Assembly: GCA_964019335.1 (NCBI GenBank) | Contig: OZ025742.1 | Location: 62,001-126,000, forward strand | Source of the DNA: Diplonema japonicum | Lineage: Eukaryota; Protista; Euglenozoa: Diplonemea | Length of the DNA stretch: 64,000 bases | Direction: 5' to 3' | Shown here: positions 41,544 through 53,265 of the stretch, piece by piece | How positions within the stretch are numbered: the stretch's first letter is position 1 | Layout: every line of letters starts with the position of its first letter | Notes under the pieces: model-generated | Databases searched by the model: none | Seen by the model: only the letters and a program-made list of their open reading frames with translations | Told to the model about the DNA's origin: nothing | Translations under genes and position numbers: made by a program

Positions 41544-42977
41544 ATGTTTTCAAAAGATGGAAAAAGAAAAATGCCAAATCACAACGGGGATGAAAGTAAC
41601 CTTGCGAACAGTTTGCTTGTGTTGGTTTTCGGATGTGCATTGCTGCTCGGGCATTGGTGCACCGTGGCCAAGATGAGGTTCATCCAGGAGTCTGGGCTGA
41701 CGATTTGCTTGGGAATGCTATTCGGCGCCGCCGTAGGCAGCGCCGGGGAGTTGCTTCTAATCTTGAACGGGCAAACTTTTTTCCAGTGGCTCCTACCCCC
41801 GATTATATTCTCCGCGGGGTTCTCGTGCAAACGACAGCACTTCTTCGCGAACTTCAACGTAATCCTCCTCTTCGGGGTGCTTGGGACGGTCGTGAACTTC
41901 CTGTTGATCGCCGTCTCGCTCATCGAAACCCGCAACTTCTTCAACATCAAGCTTCACAACATGGAACTTCTGTCCTTTGCAGCCGTTCTATCAGCCACAG
42001 ATTCTGTCGCTGTACTAAGCGTGATCCCAGCAAAGGACCATCCAACCCTGTATGGAATTTTATCAGGAGAAGGTGTGCTTAATGATGCAATCGCAGTGGT
42101 ATTGTTGAGATCAATCGGGAAAACCGTGACGAAGCTCACCACTGTCGCTGGTGTAATACCCGCATTTGATTGGGATGCGTCCATGGACCTGCTTTTCTCG
42201 TTTTGCTGGGTAGGATGGTGGTCTGTGGTGGTGGGGTGTCTATGCGGTGCCTTCACAGCACTGTTGCTCCACGCGTTGCAACAGCGCGAGGCACTCATGG
42301 AAGCCAAGCGGGAGCTCGCGCTTCTCATCATTACCGCTTATGTCAGCAACAGTGTTGCAGAGCACCTCGGGTTGTCTGGGATCGTTTCTTTATTCGTTTG
42401 TGGAGCGGTTATGTCAAACTACACTCTTCCCACCATGAACCCTCATGCTGCACACTCCGCAGAGCATACTTTTGAAACAATTGCGTATTTGTGCGAAGTT
42501 CTGCTTTTCCTTGCGTTGGGCTACTACGCAACACTCCACGACAAGGTTGTCTTCGCCCCTGCCTTTGTAGCGTCTACCGTCTTGATTCTCGTTGTGAGCC
42601 GTGGTGTCACAGTGTTGGTGTTGTTCTGTCTGTTGTACTTCTTCGCCGAACCGTTGAACCCGAAGCACGCTGCCATGCTGTGGTGGACCGGTCTTATTCG
42701 CGGCAGCCTTGCGTTCGCCCTTTCGTTTACCACACCGGGAAGCTCGGGTTTATTGATCTCAACGACATTTGGGGTTGTCATCATCACTGTTTTCGTATTC
42801 GGTGGGCTGTCCCCCCTCGTGGTGGACGCCCTCGGCATGGAAAGCTGCGGTGGAGAGGGCAGCTGGACGGGCACGCAGAAATCGCTTGCATCAAGGTTCC
42901 GCAGAATTGACGAAAAAGCCCAAATGTATCTGGGCGGTGCTAGACGTGATGCTGAAACGACCCCATTGTTGAGTTAA
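41544..42977 (+). CDS. Na+/H+ exchanger, CPA1 (NHE/NHX) family
   Basis: FFQWLLPPIIFSAG, SATDSVAVL, GEGVLNDAIAVVL, LSGIVSLF and GLIRG motifs. Start could alternatively be 41571. Confidence 0.92.
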   Translation: MFSKDGKRKMPNHNGDESNLANSLLVLVFGCALLLGHWCTVAKMRFIQESGLTICLGMLFGAAVGSAGELLLILNGQTFFQWLLPPIIFSAGFSCKRQHFFANFNVILLFGVLGTVVNFLLIAVSLIETRNFFNIKLHNMELLSFAAVLSATDSVAVLSVIPAKDHPTLYGILSGEGVLNDAIAVVLLRSIGKTVTKLTTVAGVIPAFDWDASMDLLFSFCWVGWWSVVVGCLCGAFTALLLHALQQREALMEAKRELALLIITAYVSNSVAEHLGLSGIVSLFVCGAVMSNYTLPTMNPHAAHSAEHTFETIAYLCEVLLFLALGYYATLHDKVVFAPAFVASTVLILVVSRGVTVLVLFCLLYFFAEPLNPKHAAMLWWTGLIRGSLAFALSFTTPGSSGLLISTTFGVVIITVFVFGGLSPLVVDALGMESCGGEGSWTGTQKSLASRFRRIDEKAQMYLGGARRDAETTPLLS

Positions 42978-43176
42978 GCCCTCCCCCAGTTTTTTTTTTT
43001 TTTTTTTTTAGGCGTGTGGAGTTTCTCTATATCAAGCCACCACCCACTGCTTCCTCACCAGTTGCCCCTGTCAGTCTTGCGCGATCTTAGCGTTCAAGAA
43101 GACGTCGGGAAATTCGGTGAATTTCTTATTGAACAATGAGCACTCCCCTGTGCACTGAATTTTTTTCTTTTTTAAT

Positions 43177-43212
<36 letters not shown>

Positions 43213-43864
43213 TATTGGTATTTCGCCCATTTTCGATACTTGCTGCTCACTAGCTAATAATCTTCCTCGTTACGATTTAATAAAAAAAGAAAGTAAAAAA
43301 GGAGGGAGGGAGGAAAAAGGGGGAAATAATGTAGAAAATAACGTTTCTTTTTCCTTTTTTTTTTCTTCACATATTTCTTCTTCTCGTATTCTTTTTACCC
43401 CCCCCCCTCCTTTTTTTTTTACCGGTACCCACAGAGGTAGCATTGATCCATTCTCTCCCTACCCACATTTCTTCTTTACTATGAGTTCTTTTTTTTGCGC
43501 GACCTCGAAGCCAAGGGGCTGGTACCTCGCCCCAAGTGCCAACGAGGGAGCACCCGTTGAGGCCTCCCCTCAAAACGAGGAAATGCTGATTAGGCAGAAG
43601 CTCTTGCGGGCTTGCACCTCCCCGAAGGTGTATACCGCTGCTACACGTTGGCTTTTTATTTTTTTTTTATATTTTTCGGTCAACCGTATCCACCTCACCC
43701 CCCCCCTAAAAAGAAAAATTCTTCCGATAGTTTTATTGCCATCTTTCTATAACACCACCACACACAAAAAAAAAAAAGGGGAGCGTGGAGAGGGGAGGGA
43801 GGGAGGGAGAGGTGAGTTCAAAAAAAAAAAAAAAAAAAAAAAAAAACACACAAACAAAGAAAAA

Positions 43865-46280
43865 ATGCAAAAAGGCGACGTTGAAATGCAGGTCCCCCCA
43901 GCGGTGAACGCGTTCGAGAGCGTGTCGCAGCAAGGCATCGACGAGGACGACGAAGAGGACACCGCCGTCGTCATCGGAGAGGGCGCAGAGATCGGGGGCA
44001 TGACACTACTCACCATACTAACGCTGCTAAGCATCGGTTGCATGGGCGGCGTCGTCGCAATCAACATGAACGCAGTAGCCGTCGCTTTGATCGGCGTAGC
44101 TGTCATCCTACAATTCGCAATCCTGGGCATCGTCAACACAATGATCTTAAAACCTGTCACAAACGCTGCGGTAGGCATACGACAAATGACGAAACTCGAC
44201 TTCAGCGAAATCCAAGAAGCAGCGTTTCTAAACCCGGCCCTCTCATTCCTATCAGAAATCCGTTTGATGAAAATGGCAATCCACGACACGGCCGTCGTTT
44301 TCGAAAAATATGCGTCATTCCTACCAGACTCCGTGAAGGAAGGCGACATAGATGCGGCGAACCCAAACGAAAAGGAAACCCCGGAAATTCACGACGAGGA
44401 CGTCCTGTCATACGTTCTCTCAGAGGAGTCATCCCAAGCATCATCAAGAGGCAAGAAAAAACGCACAGGCCCACGGGTTAGAGCCAGACGCGGAAACGAC
44501 ATCACCCACTCAGACGGTGTCTCTGCCACTGGAACTACATTCGACACCACTATGCGTTCCGGTGTTACAACAATGTCATGTATGTCCGTAGAAATGTTCA
44601 AAGACAAATCGTTGTCCAACATTGTGAAACTGCACTCTAACTCCGGCTTCCGCACCAGGCTGGGCAGCATTCTCCTCATTGAAATCATCACCAATCAAGA
44701 TAAACTGGAATCGCAAACGCTCGTCAACCAATGGGTCAACACCGTTGCAGAATGTGTAAAGTACCACGAAGGCGTTGCACTGCTGGTCTCCGGAATGAGC
44801 TTTATGTCGACGTGGAATGCCCACAAATCCAACGCAAACCACGCGCTGAACGCGTGCCGTTGCGCGCTTGACTTCAACAACAAATTCTCGAAACAGCAGA
44901 ACCGCGAACAATACTGGAGATCATCAGTAGGGACAGGTCTCTTAAGATCCGGGTATGTCGGGTCTGAATCAGTCAGAGCCCCTACCGTTTTGGGCGAACC
45001 ATTGTTGTTGCTCTCGAAATTGGGTTACCTCGCGTTACAAACCGGCGCCAAGATTCTGATCACATCGCATTCCTATAATTTGGTAAGGGAGCAGGTCTAC
45101 GCCAGGCCGTTAGATGTTATTACGCTGGACGCTGATGGAGGTGCGTTCTACCGTGATGAGTCGAGCTTGGAAACCATCTACGAGTTGTTGTCATCCACGG
45201 AAGCATCGGGCACTGCAAACCATCCTGACATTGAGTTCCACCAGTTTTTCTTGGAAGCGGTGAACTCGTTGCAGAAGGCGCGGTTTGAAGAATGTACAAC
45301 GAGAATGACGAACTACCTTCGAATGCGACCGGGCGACAAGCAGGCCATTAGAATTTTGAAACTGTCAACTTATCTGAGCACAATCGACGATTCCCCGCTT
45401 GCTGAGACGGGTTACGTCAGGACCTTCACAGGATGGGAAGGTTACGAGGCGCATTGCGAGAATTTAAAACTACCCGATGATGTTTGCCAAGCGACTGACA
45501 CGGTTGTGGTGGACTTCATAAGAGAACCCGAGGTTCCCGATGAAGAGAAACTGATCACGAAGATCAAGGAAGCAGAGGCGGTTCCTGTCGGGGCCAGATC
45601 ATCAACAGACGAAGATATCAGCAGCACAGTGACAGACACCAAGGGAAACAAATGGTTACTGCTTCGAAAGATTCTCGGTTCAGGAGCATTCGGAAAGGTC
45701 AGACTAGGCATGTCCGCGGGCGGCGCTCTTGTCGCAATAAAAACTATGACCATCAGCCCTGCAAAATACCAGGAAGTTGTTGAAGAAGTTGGCGTTATGG
45801 AAGACCTCCGAAACGATTACGTTGTTTCCTACTTGGGAAGCGGGCTATGCAGCACAACCGCATTTGTCATCATGGAATGGGTTTGTGGTGGGTCTTTGAA
45901 AGACGTGTTGAGATCGTTTGGGGGCGGGCTTCCTGTATCGGTTGTGAAAAGGTATTCGCAAGATATCTTGAGAGGCCTTCACTACCTCCACAAGAGGAAG
46001 ATTCTGCACCGTGATCTTAAGCCGCAAAATGTTCTGTTGACGGCCGAAGGGCAGTGCAAGCTAGCAGATTTTGGTGCTTCTGCCAAATTGTCGTCGGCGA
46101 CTAGGAAGCAAGAGATCGTAGGGACCCCCATGTACATGTCTCCTGAGTCTTGCCGTGCGAACGCTTCGCCGAAGAGCGACATCTGGTCTTTTGGGATTAC
46201 AGTTTGCCAGCTTTTGACGTACGAGCTGCCTTACGTGAGCGTAGGGCACAAGGTCAGAACGTTTATGTATGTGGGAGGGG

Positions 46281-46316
<36 letters not shown>

Positions 46317-46507
46317 GGGCTCGCTTACGGTACTTATGTGCCCATTGTTCCACAGTCTCTTACGGATAAGGTTTGTAAAAAAAAAAAAAAATTAAAAAAA
46401 AAAAAAAAAAAAAGGTCTCGCGTGATTTCATTCAAGTGTGCCTGCAAAAGTCTCTTGATGACCGACCGTCTGCCTTGGCGTTGCTGAAGCATCAGTTTTT
46501 ACTTTAG
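43865..46507 (+). CDS. Membrane protein with degenerate class III nucleotide cyclase domain and C-terminal STE/MAP3K-like Ser/Thr kinase (3 exons)
   Basis: ATG 43865 after poly(A); two TM helices; kinase motifs LGSGAFGKV, VAIK, HRDLKPQN, DFG, GTPMYMSPE and DIWSFG. Introns 46267-46312 and 46371-46414 restore subdomain XI (DFIQVCLQKSLDDRPSALALLKHQFL). Confidence 0.88.
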
Positions 46508-46824
46508 AAAAGGGGAAGGCGGGGGTGCTTTCGTTGTTTTTTTGTTTTTTTAGAACTAACACCCATAAAATGAGTGTTCCCCCCCCCCTTTTTTTTGTCC
46601 ACTGCTCGGGTTTTCTCTTTTTTTTTTCCATGTCAGCAGGTTGCTGCTAACAAAAAAAAAAAAAGGGAAAAAAAAAAAAAGAAGAAGAAAAACCTCTCAC
46701 CCTTATCATAGTAATTTCCCCTATCGGGAAAGGAGCGAATTTAAAAAAAAAAAAAAAAAAAAAAAGGGGAAAAAAAAGAACACGATCCGCGAATTTTTGG
46801 ATTTTCCACCAAACCCCTGTTCCC

Positions 46825-46857
<33 letters not shown>

Positions 46858-47052
46858 ACATTTCTTTTAGACAATCTGTCCACGTACAGCAGGTTCCCTT
46901 CAAAGACGTCTTTCCTTTCTCTACTGTCTGGTAGCTTGATTGAAATGTCATGTCACCAAAACTGATTTTTTCAAAAAAAGATTTTTTTTAGGGAATTTTC
47001 TTTTGCCTTTGGTGGAAAAAATATGAATGTTTACCGTGTTTGAAATTTTTCT

Positions 47053-47100
<48 letters not shown>

Positions 47101-49939
47101 GAAAAAGAAAAAAGAAGAATAATAAATAGGAGGTGGTTCCCATCAAATGTGATGTTTTGTTTTCTGACAGCACCAAACGGTTAACAATCCGATTTTTTTT
47201 TCTCTTCTTTTGATGCAGCAGGTGCCCCTCCCTTTTAATTCTAAACTCAATGTGCGCGTCACTTTCTTTTAATTTAATTTTTTTTTTTTGTTGTTGTTCT
47301 CCTCCTTTCCCTTTCCCTTCCCAGTTGTCATAAATCTAACAAAAAAAAAAAGAGAAAAAAAAAAACTTAAGGACCACCCTTATGACAGGTGGCCTTTCCC
47401 CCCCTTCATTTTTTGGTGGGCCGTCCCGTCCCCATCATAGTTAAAAATTACTATTTATATGAACTAAATAAGGCCTTTGTCAGACATAGCCCTTGTTCGC
47501 AAGTAGATGAACAAGGGGAGTGTCTCGTAAAAATCTCTTTTAACTCATATATTGGATGCAATTATGTTTTTTTTTCTTTTTTTTTTTCTTTAAATATATT
47601 ATTTCCCACCTCCCTACTTTATGTTTGATTAGTTCTGTTTCATTTCCCTCTTTTTTTTTTTTCCCTTGTTTTTTTCCCTTTTATTTTTTTTTCTCCCCAT
47701 CTTAGTAAAAAAAAAAAAAAAGATTTCCTCCCTTATCCCCCTCCCCAAACTACGAAAGCAGGAAAGAAGAAAGAAAAAAAAAATTATACTTGTGGTGTAA
47801 AGGAAGTCCCCCCTGAACCACACTTTTTTTTTTTTTTTCCGGCCAAAAAAAGGATGCCTACCCACTGCGAATGGAGTTAGGGCATCAGTGTCTGTGAGGT
47901 GCTTGTCATGTCTTACAGGGGTTGGAAAAAAAAAAAAGAAAAAAAAAAGGAAAACTTGCTGTTAGATACAGATGAGATATATTTGAGCGTTTTTTGTTTT
48001 TTTTTAATTTTTTTTTAAAAATTTATTTTTAATTTTTACCAGTAAATGAGGTCAATCATGGCCTCATTTTGGCATAGACGGTGGTTTTATTCCAATCTTT
48101 CGCGGGGCTTTCAGAATTCTTTTTTTTTTTTTTTTTTTTTTTTTTTGAGGAGACTCATCTTGCAGAACTGGAAATGGGCCTCAGATCACTCCTCACCCCT
48201 CTGCATACGTGCCTCTGGCTCGTTAAGCCATCTTTTCCCCCCTCCCCTTTTTCTTGTTGAGCTGCAGCACAGAATCTTTCCTCTTGTAAGGGGTTGCGCA
48301 TAACTACTATAACCACAGCCAACACGCGCTCTATTTCTCTTTTTTTTTTTTCTTCTTTTTTTTTTTTGTTCTTCTTTTCTTATTTTCTTTTTTAAACCTT
48401 CCTGCCAAACCAACACCATTTTGGGTCAAAAAAAAAAAAAAAGACGGGTTTAGAAGTTTCTTGCATTTTTTTTTATAAGAGCTTTTAAACAAACAAATCT
48501 GGAATAAATCCAAACATGAGCTTGACCACCTTTTGGTGTTAACTTTTGATCATTTGGAAAAGGAAAAAAAGGGGGGGGGGATGATGAAGTGGGTGGGAAA
48601 AGAAAAGAAAATGATAGCAATGTTGAAACTGAGGGAACCACCCCCCCCCCCCCCCCCCTTTCTTATTCTCCCTTGTGCGTCTGCTTCCGATCAAACGGGC
48701 CCTTTAATTTGGGTTTTACTTTATAAACCTTTTAATGACTTGGGGTGGGGGAATGGGTTTAGCCACGTGCCCCTTCTGTAAAGAAGAATGTGGGCTTTTT
48801 TTTTTTTTTTTTTTTTTTTTTTTGTTGTCTATTTACTTCACTCTGCCGGTACCAGACCTTAAAAAGGGATGGACAGCCAGTAGGCCCCGGTGGAAGGAAA
48901 AAAAAAAAAGAGAATGCAAATTTGGCCGGAACCTGCTGAGGTTTTGTACTGTGGCGAAACTGAAGAAAAATGACAAAGGAACGGAATGAAACTATTTATT
49001 TACCGTCAAATGAGCCTTCTTCTTCTTCTTTTTTTTTTTTTAAAGGTGGTGGGGATAACATGGAAATATAAGAAGTACATCAGATGTGTTGTTCGCTGTT
49101 GACCTCCTCGTCGGTCATCACCGGTAGCGCCCGAGTGGAAGAACGTAACGCAGATGCTCAGGGTGACGAACATGCAGCAAACTGCACGAGCGCAGAATCT
49201 TGGTTACCCGGGACGCCCCGGCTAGGGTTGAGCACACCGCACGCATTAAGGACACGACGCGGAACGCAGAAGAAGCTACTGCTCGGCCGAGGAGCGCCCC
49301 CTGTAATCAAGTAGGTAGTTCGTGCTTCATTGCACGCTTAACGCCACCTAGTGTTGCAATTAAAGCCCCATTTTTTTTTTTTTTTTTTTTTTCGGGCTCG
49401 GCCAGGATGTTTTTTTTTAATTGCCAACAAAAAAAAAAAAAAAAGCAAATGTAGTGGTTATAATAAAGGGTCTCCTGACGCAAGCCCTTTAAGAAGAAGA
49501 AAAAAAAAAAGAAAAGAAAAATCGCGAACACTGAGTGGTTTTTTTTTTTTCCCTCTTTTTTTCTTCAAAGTCTAAGTTTTTTTTTAAAAAAATTAAAAAA
49601 AATCTAACAAAAAAAGTACAGTTTCTTTAACTATTTTATATGGCAAGTATTATTTAAAAATAAAAAAAAAAAATGGTGTCATCCAACTGGGTGTACCCAA
49701 TGGTTTCCTGGGGGAAGGTTTTGACAGTAAAAGAAGAAATCCTGTTGAAGATCAACAGAGTGCGGGGCAGGGTGGTTTAAAAAAAAAAAAAAAGAGGGGA
49801 AAAAAAAAAAGTAATGATGTGAACCTGCTTTGTTGTCTGTGTTATCTGACGGTAAGAACCACCAGTAAGAGATGGACACATCCTGGAAAAAGAAAAACTC
49901 TTTGTCTCGCTCCTTCCCCCGCCTTGCTCTTCCCTTCAT

Positions 49940-49976
<37 letters not shown>

Positions 49977-50198
49977 TTAACTGTTGTTCTGTTCAGTAGT
50001 TTTGCTTGTCTTCAGCTTTTTTCCTTTACTTTTTTTTTGGGGGGGGGAGGGATACTTACTGGAGAAGAAGAAAAAAATATAAAAAAGGGAGAGAAAAATA
50101 AATAAATAAAAAAAAGGGTTAAAAGCTTCTTTCCGGTATAGGTTTTTTTCTTTGTTAGTCTTTCTTCTTCCTTATTGAACAGGAAACATAAGAAAAAT

Positions 50199-50245
<47 letters not shown>

Positions 50246-50758
50246 GCCAGCAACACACTTTCCTTCAACATTGCTCTTTTTTTTTGTTTTGAAGAAGAAG
50301 AAAAAAAAATGCCACCCTCCCTTTTTTTTATATCTTGTCCCTCTCCCCCTGCTTGCAGGTTCTCTTCCCCCCCCCCACCTTTTTTTGTGTGTTTCTTATA
50401 TTTTAGCTTGGAAGAAAAAAAAAAGAAAAGAAGAAAAAAGAGGTAAACCGCACGGCGAGACGAGCGACAAAAAAACAAGAACGAAAAAAAAAGAAAATAA
50501 TAAAAAATAAAATAAAAAAACCACAGCTACCTTCCCCACACACACGCGCACACACACCTCTATGTCTCTGTTCTTTCTTTCTTTCTTTTTTTTTTTCTCT
50601 CTCCCTACCACGCCCCTTTTTTTTTTCTACCACTCTTTCCCCATTCACCCCCCCCCCCCCCCCCCCTGTTCACCCTTTTTTCACTTTTTTGATCTTGTCA
50701 CCTTTGAATAATTGAAAAAAATAAGGGGAAAAAGGATAAAAAAAGAATAATAACAACT

Positions 50759-51826
50759 ATGGGTGTCGAAGAAGGAACGGTACCGAGTGTCGCACAGCCT
50801 CCCCCGTCCGCACCCCAAGAGGGAACTGTTGCAAGGGACCTCATGGACGAGAGTGACGTCTTTGCCTGGGCGGGGAGGATAGCAATGCTGTCTATCGGCT
50901 CCCTTGTGGTCATGATCGAGGCTGCCAGAGAATGCGACAAAAGACCTGACTTTGTATGACAAAAAAAAAAAAAAAAAAAAAGAAAAAAAAAGGGAACCAG
51001 AGACAAATGCACCAGCTACGAAGCATGGGCGGTGGCGTGCAGCACCATCAGCTTGGCCTTAACTCTCTTTCTACTAGTGGCGTGGAAGCTCGGAATGTTG
51101 AGGTCGCCCACCTTCCCAGTTCCTCATGGTGAGCTCGTCACGGCTGTGTTCTTCCTGTGCCTGTGGGCAGCTGGGGCGGGAACAATCACCACAAAAGAAC
51201 CTTTCGCAAACGAGGTCGGAAACGGATACCTGGGAACATGGTTGTGCTTCTTCATCTCTGCTGGACTTGCAGTTCAAAAGACCCCGCAGCTCCAGTCTGC
51301 AGTTTCCTCAATGGCCTCAGCTGGTACTGATCTTGCTATGATTTGCTGTGCATCTGCTGTGCTTGTCCTGCAGTCTTCTGTGGACTGCAGCGAGAGCGAC
51401 AATATTGTGTATGATAATAAGTGTTCTGGGAAGCTGGCGTACGCGCTTTCTGTCGGAGTTGTCTCGCTTGTTGCGGCGTTGTGTGGTATTTTCTTCCGTG
51501 CGCACATGCCGCCTGTTCCCTTTGCGGTCTTCTTGTGTCTTTGGTGGTCCGCTGCGTGGTTTGTGGTGACCTTTTTCGGCCCCTACGAGGCTATTGGCAA
51601 CGGGTACTTTTCCACGTCCATCGCGTTCATCTACTCCGTCAAGATTGTTTTTACCATCTTCGATTTGGTGAAGTTCATTGAAAAGGCGGACCTTTACGGG
51701 TCGTCTTCCGCTTCTGAGAACGCGCCGAGGCAGCCCCGTGCTAACGAAGCTTCCAGCCTTGTGCCCCCACCTCCCTCTGAAACTCCTCCCGTCGTCGCCT
51801 TTGGAGGAGGGCAAACCGAGTGTTAA
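50759..51826 (+). CDS. Multi-pass membrane protein with two internally repeated 4-TM (MARVEL-like) halves (2 exons)
   Basis: Intron 50954-50992 (GTATGA..AAG|G) joins ORFs 50759 and 51032 in frame. The halves end in GNGYLGTW and GNGYFSTS. Confidence 0.75.
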
Positions 51827-52527
51827 TTTTTTTTTTTTTATTTTTTTTTTTATTTCCCTACTTTGTGTAAACGTGGAGAAAGAGAGGAGAAAAAGGGGAA
51901 CAGGCGTCCCATGGATGGCGAAGTTTTTTTTTTTTTTTTCGTTCTCCCCTCTCTCTTGCTCTCTCTTTTTTTTTTTTTTGAAAACATTAAAAAAAAAGAA
52001 GAAAATGAAATTAAAAAAAAAGAAAAAAAAAAAAAAAGCAAAGGTTTAGTATTTTGTTTTTAAACCTATTACCCCTAACATTAGCCAGTACGTGGCCCTT
52101 TGATTAACAAGAAAGTAAGGCCATTTCCCCCCCCTTTTTTTATTGTTTTCACTTTTTTTTTTGCACCCCCTCACCCTTTTCTTTGCATTTTTTTCTCTCG
52201 CGTCTCTCTCAATTAACCCTTTTTTTTAATTTCTTCGTTGCAAGAATGAGCCTTTTGACTTGTCTGAGCAAAAAAGAAAGGGGGAGGGAAACGTTTCCAG
52301 CGTGTTCCTTTTTTTCCCCCTCCCCCCCCCCCCCTTTTTATTCATCCCTTCGCTCGCCTTTTTTTTTTTTCTTCTTTTTTTGTTCCCTTTCCATTTTTTT
52401 TTTTTTTTTTTTTTTTCGGCAATCCTCAAAAAAAATATTTTTTTTTTATTCCCCCTCAATCCTGGAAAAAAATTTTTTTTCAAGAAGGGAGTGGGCGGAG
52501 GCGCGGGGGAGGGTGTTGGGGAAAACA

Positions 52528-53158
52528 ATGTGGTCATGGCTACCCTTCGGCTCAGGGAGCACGAAGGACAATGGGTTGGAGGAGAAACAAAAAACCTCCG
52601 AGATTCTTCCCGAGGATGAATACCTGCGCGCGGCCTACCTAAGCTTCAAGAAAAAAGAAAAGGTTACAGTGACAGGAACGGGCGAGACAGAGGAAGAAGC
52701 ACTGATCCAGCCAGAGCCAGCCGCAGCAACTCTCGACGCAGACCTTCTAGCACTCTCAGAGGAAACCTCAGAAGGCCCAATCACAGTGGAGGAAACGGCA
52801 TCTTCATTGGAATTCAGGAGATACCTTCACCTCGGTGCCAGCCTGGGCACTGTTCTTGTCTCCTCGCAGGTACCGAAGTACCTTGGATCAGCGACAAGAA
52901 CGCATACCAGCAAACTGCGAACCCACCTTTTTGGAATGGGAGCCACGGGGGTCTTCTTTATGCTTTATTACCACTCAGCTCGTTACGCTGCATTGGGACA
53001 GATTATTACTCAGGTATTTTTTTTTTTTTTTTTTTTTTTTTCAAAAAAAAAAAAAGGTTGAAAACCGAAGCCGTCTTCGAAAGCACAACAAGCACATGGC
53101 AGCGAGGGCACAATTTATCTACCGACCGGCATTTGCAATCCCGGATAGGAAGTTTTGA
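52528..53158 (+). CDS. Small hypothetical membrane protein (2 exons)
   Basis: ATG 52528 (MWSWLPF). Intron 53014-53056 (GTATTT..AAG|GT) continues to TGA 53156-53158; two hydrophobic segments. Confidence 0.65.
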
Positions 53159-53265
53159 AAAAATGGGGAAGAGGGGGGGGGGAGAGATGGGTTTTTCTTT
53201 TTATTATTTCATTCAGAGCCCCCCCCTTTTTTTTTTACATATATCCATCTTAAAAAAAAAGGAGC

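Noticed and set aside
43136-43864. Long N-terminal ORF extensions (also 18867-19229, 22827-23123, 34959-35153, 35877-36140, 52183-52527)
   Set aside because: Poly-F/K/G/P translations of homopolymer spacers, which rarely contain stops.
46641-50648. Many short poly-Lys/poly-Phe ORFs in spacers, here and across the window
   Set aside because: Artefacts of A/T tracts; I could not assemble a coherent multi-exon gene from them.
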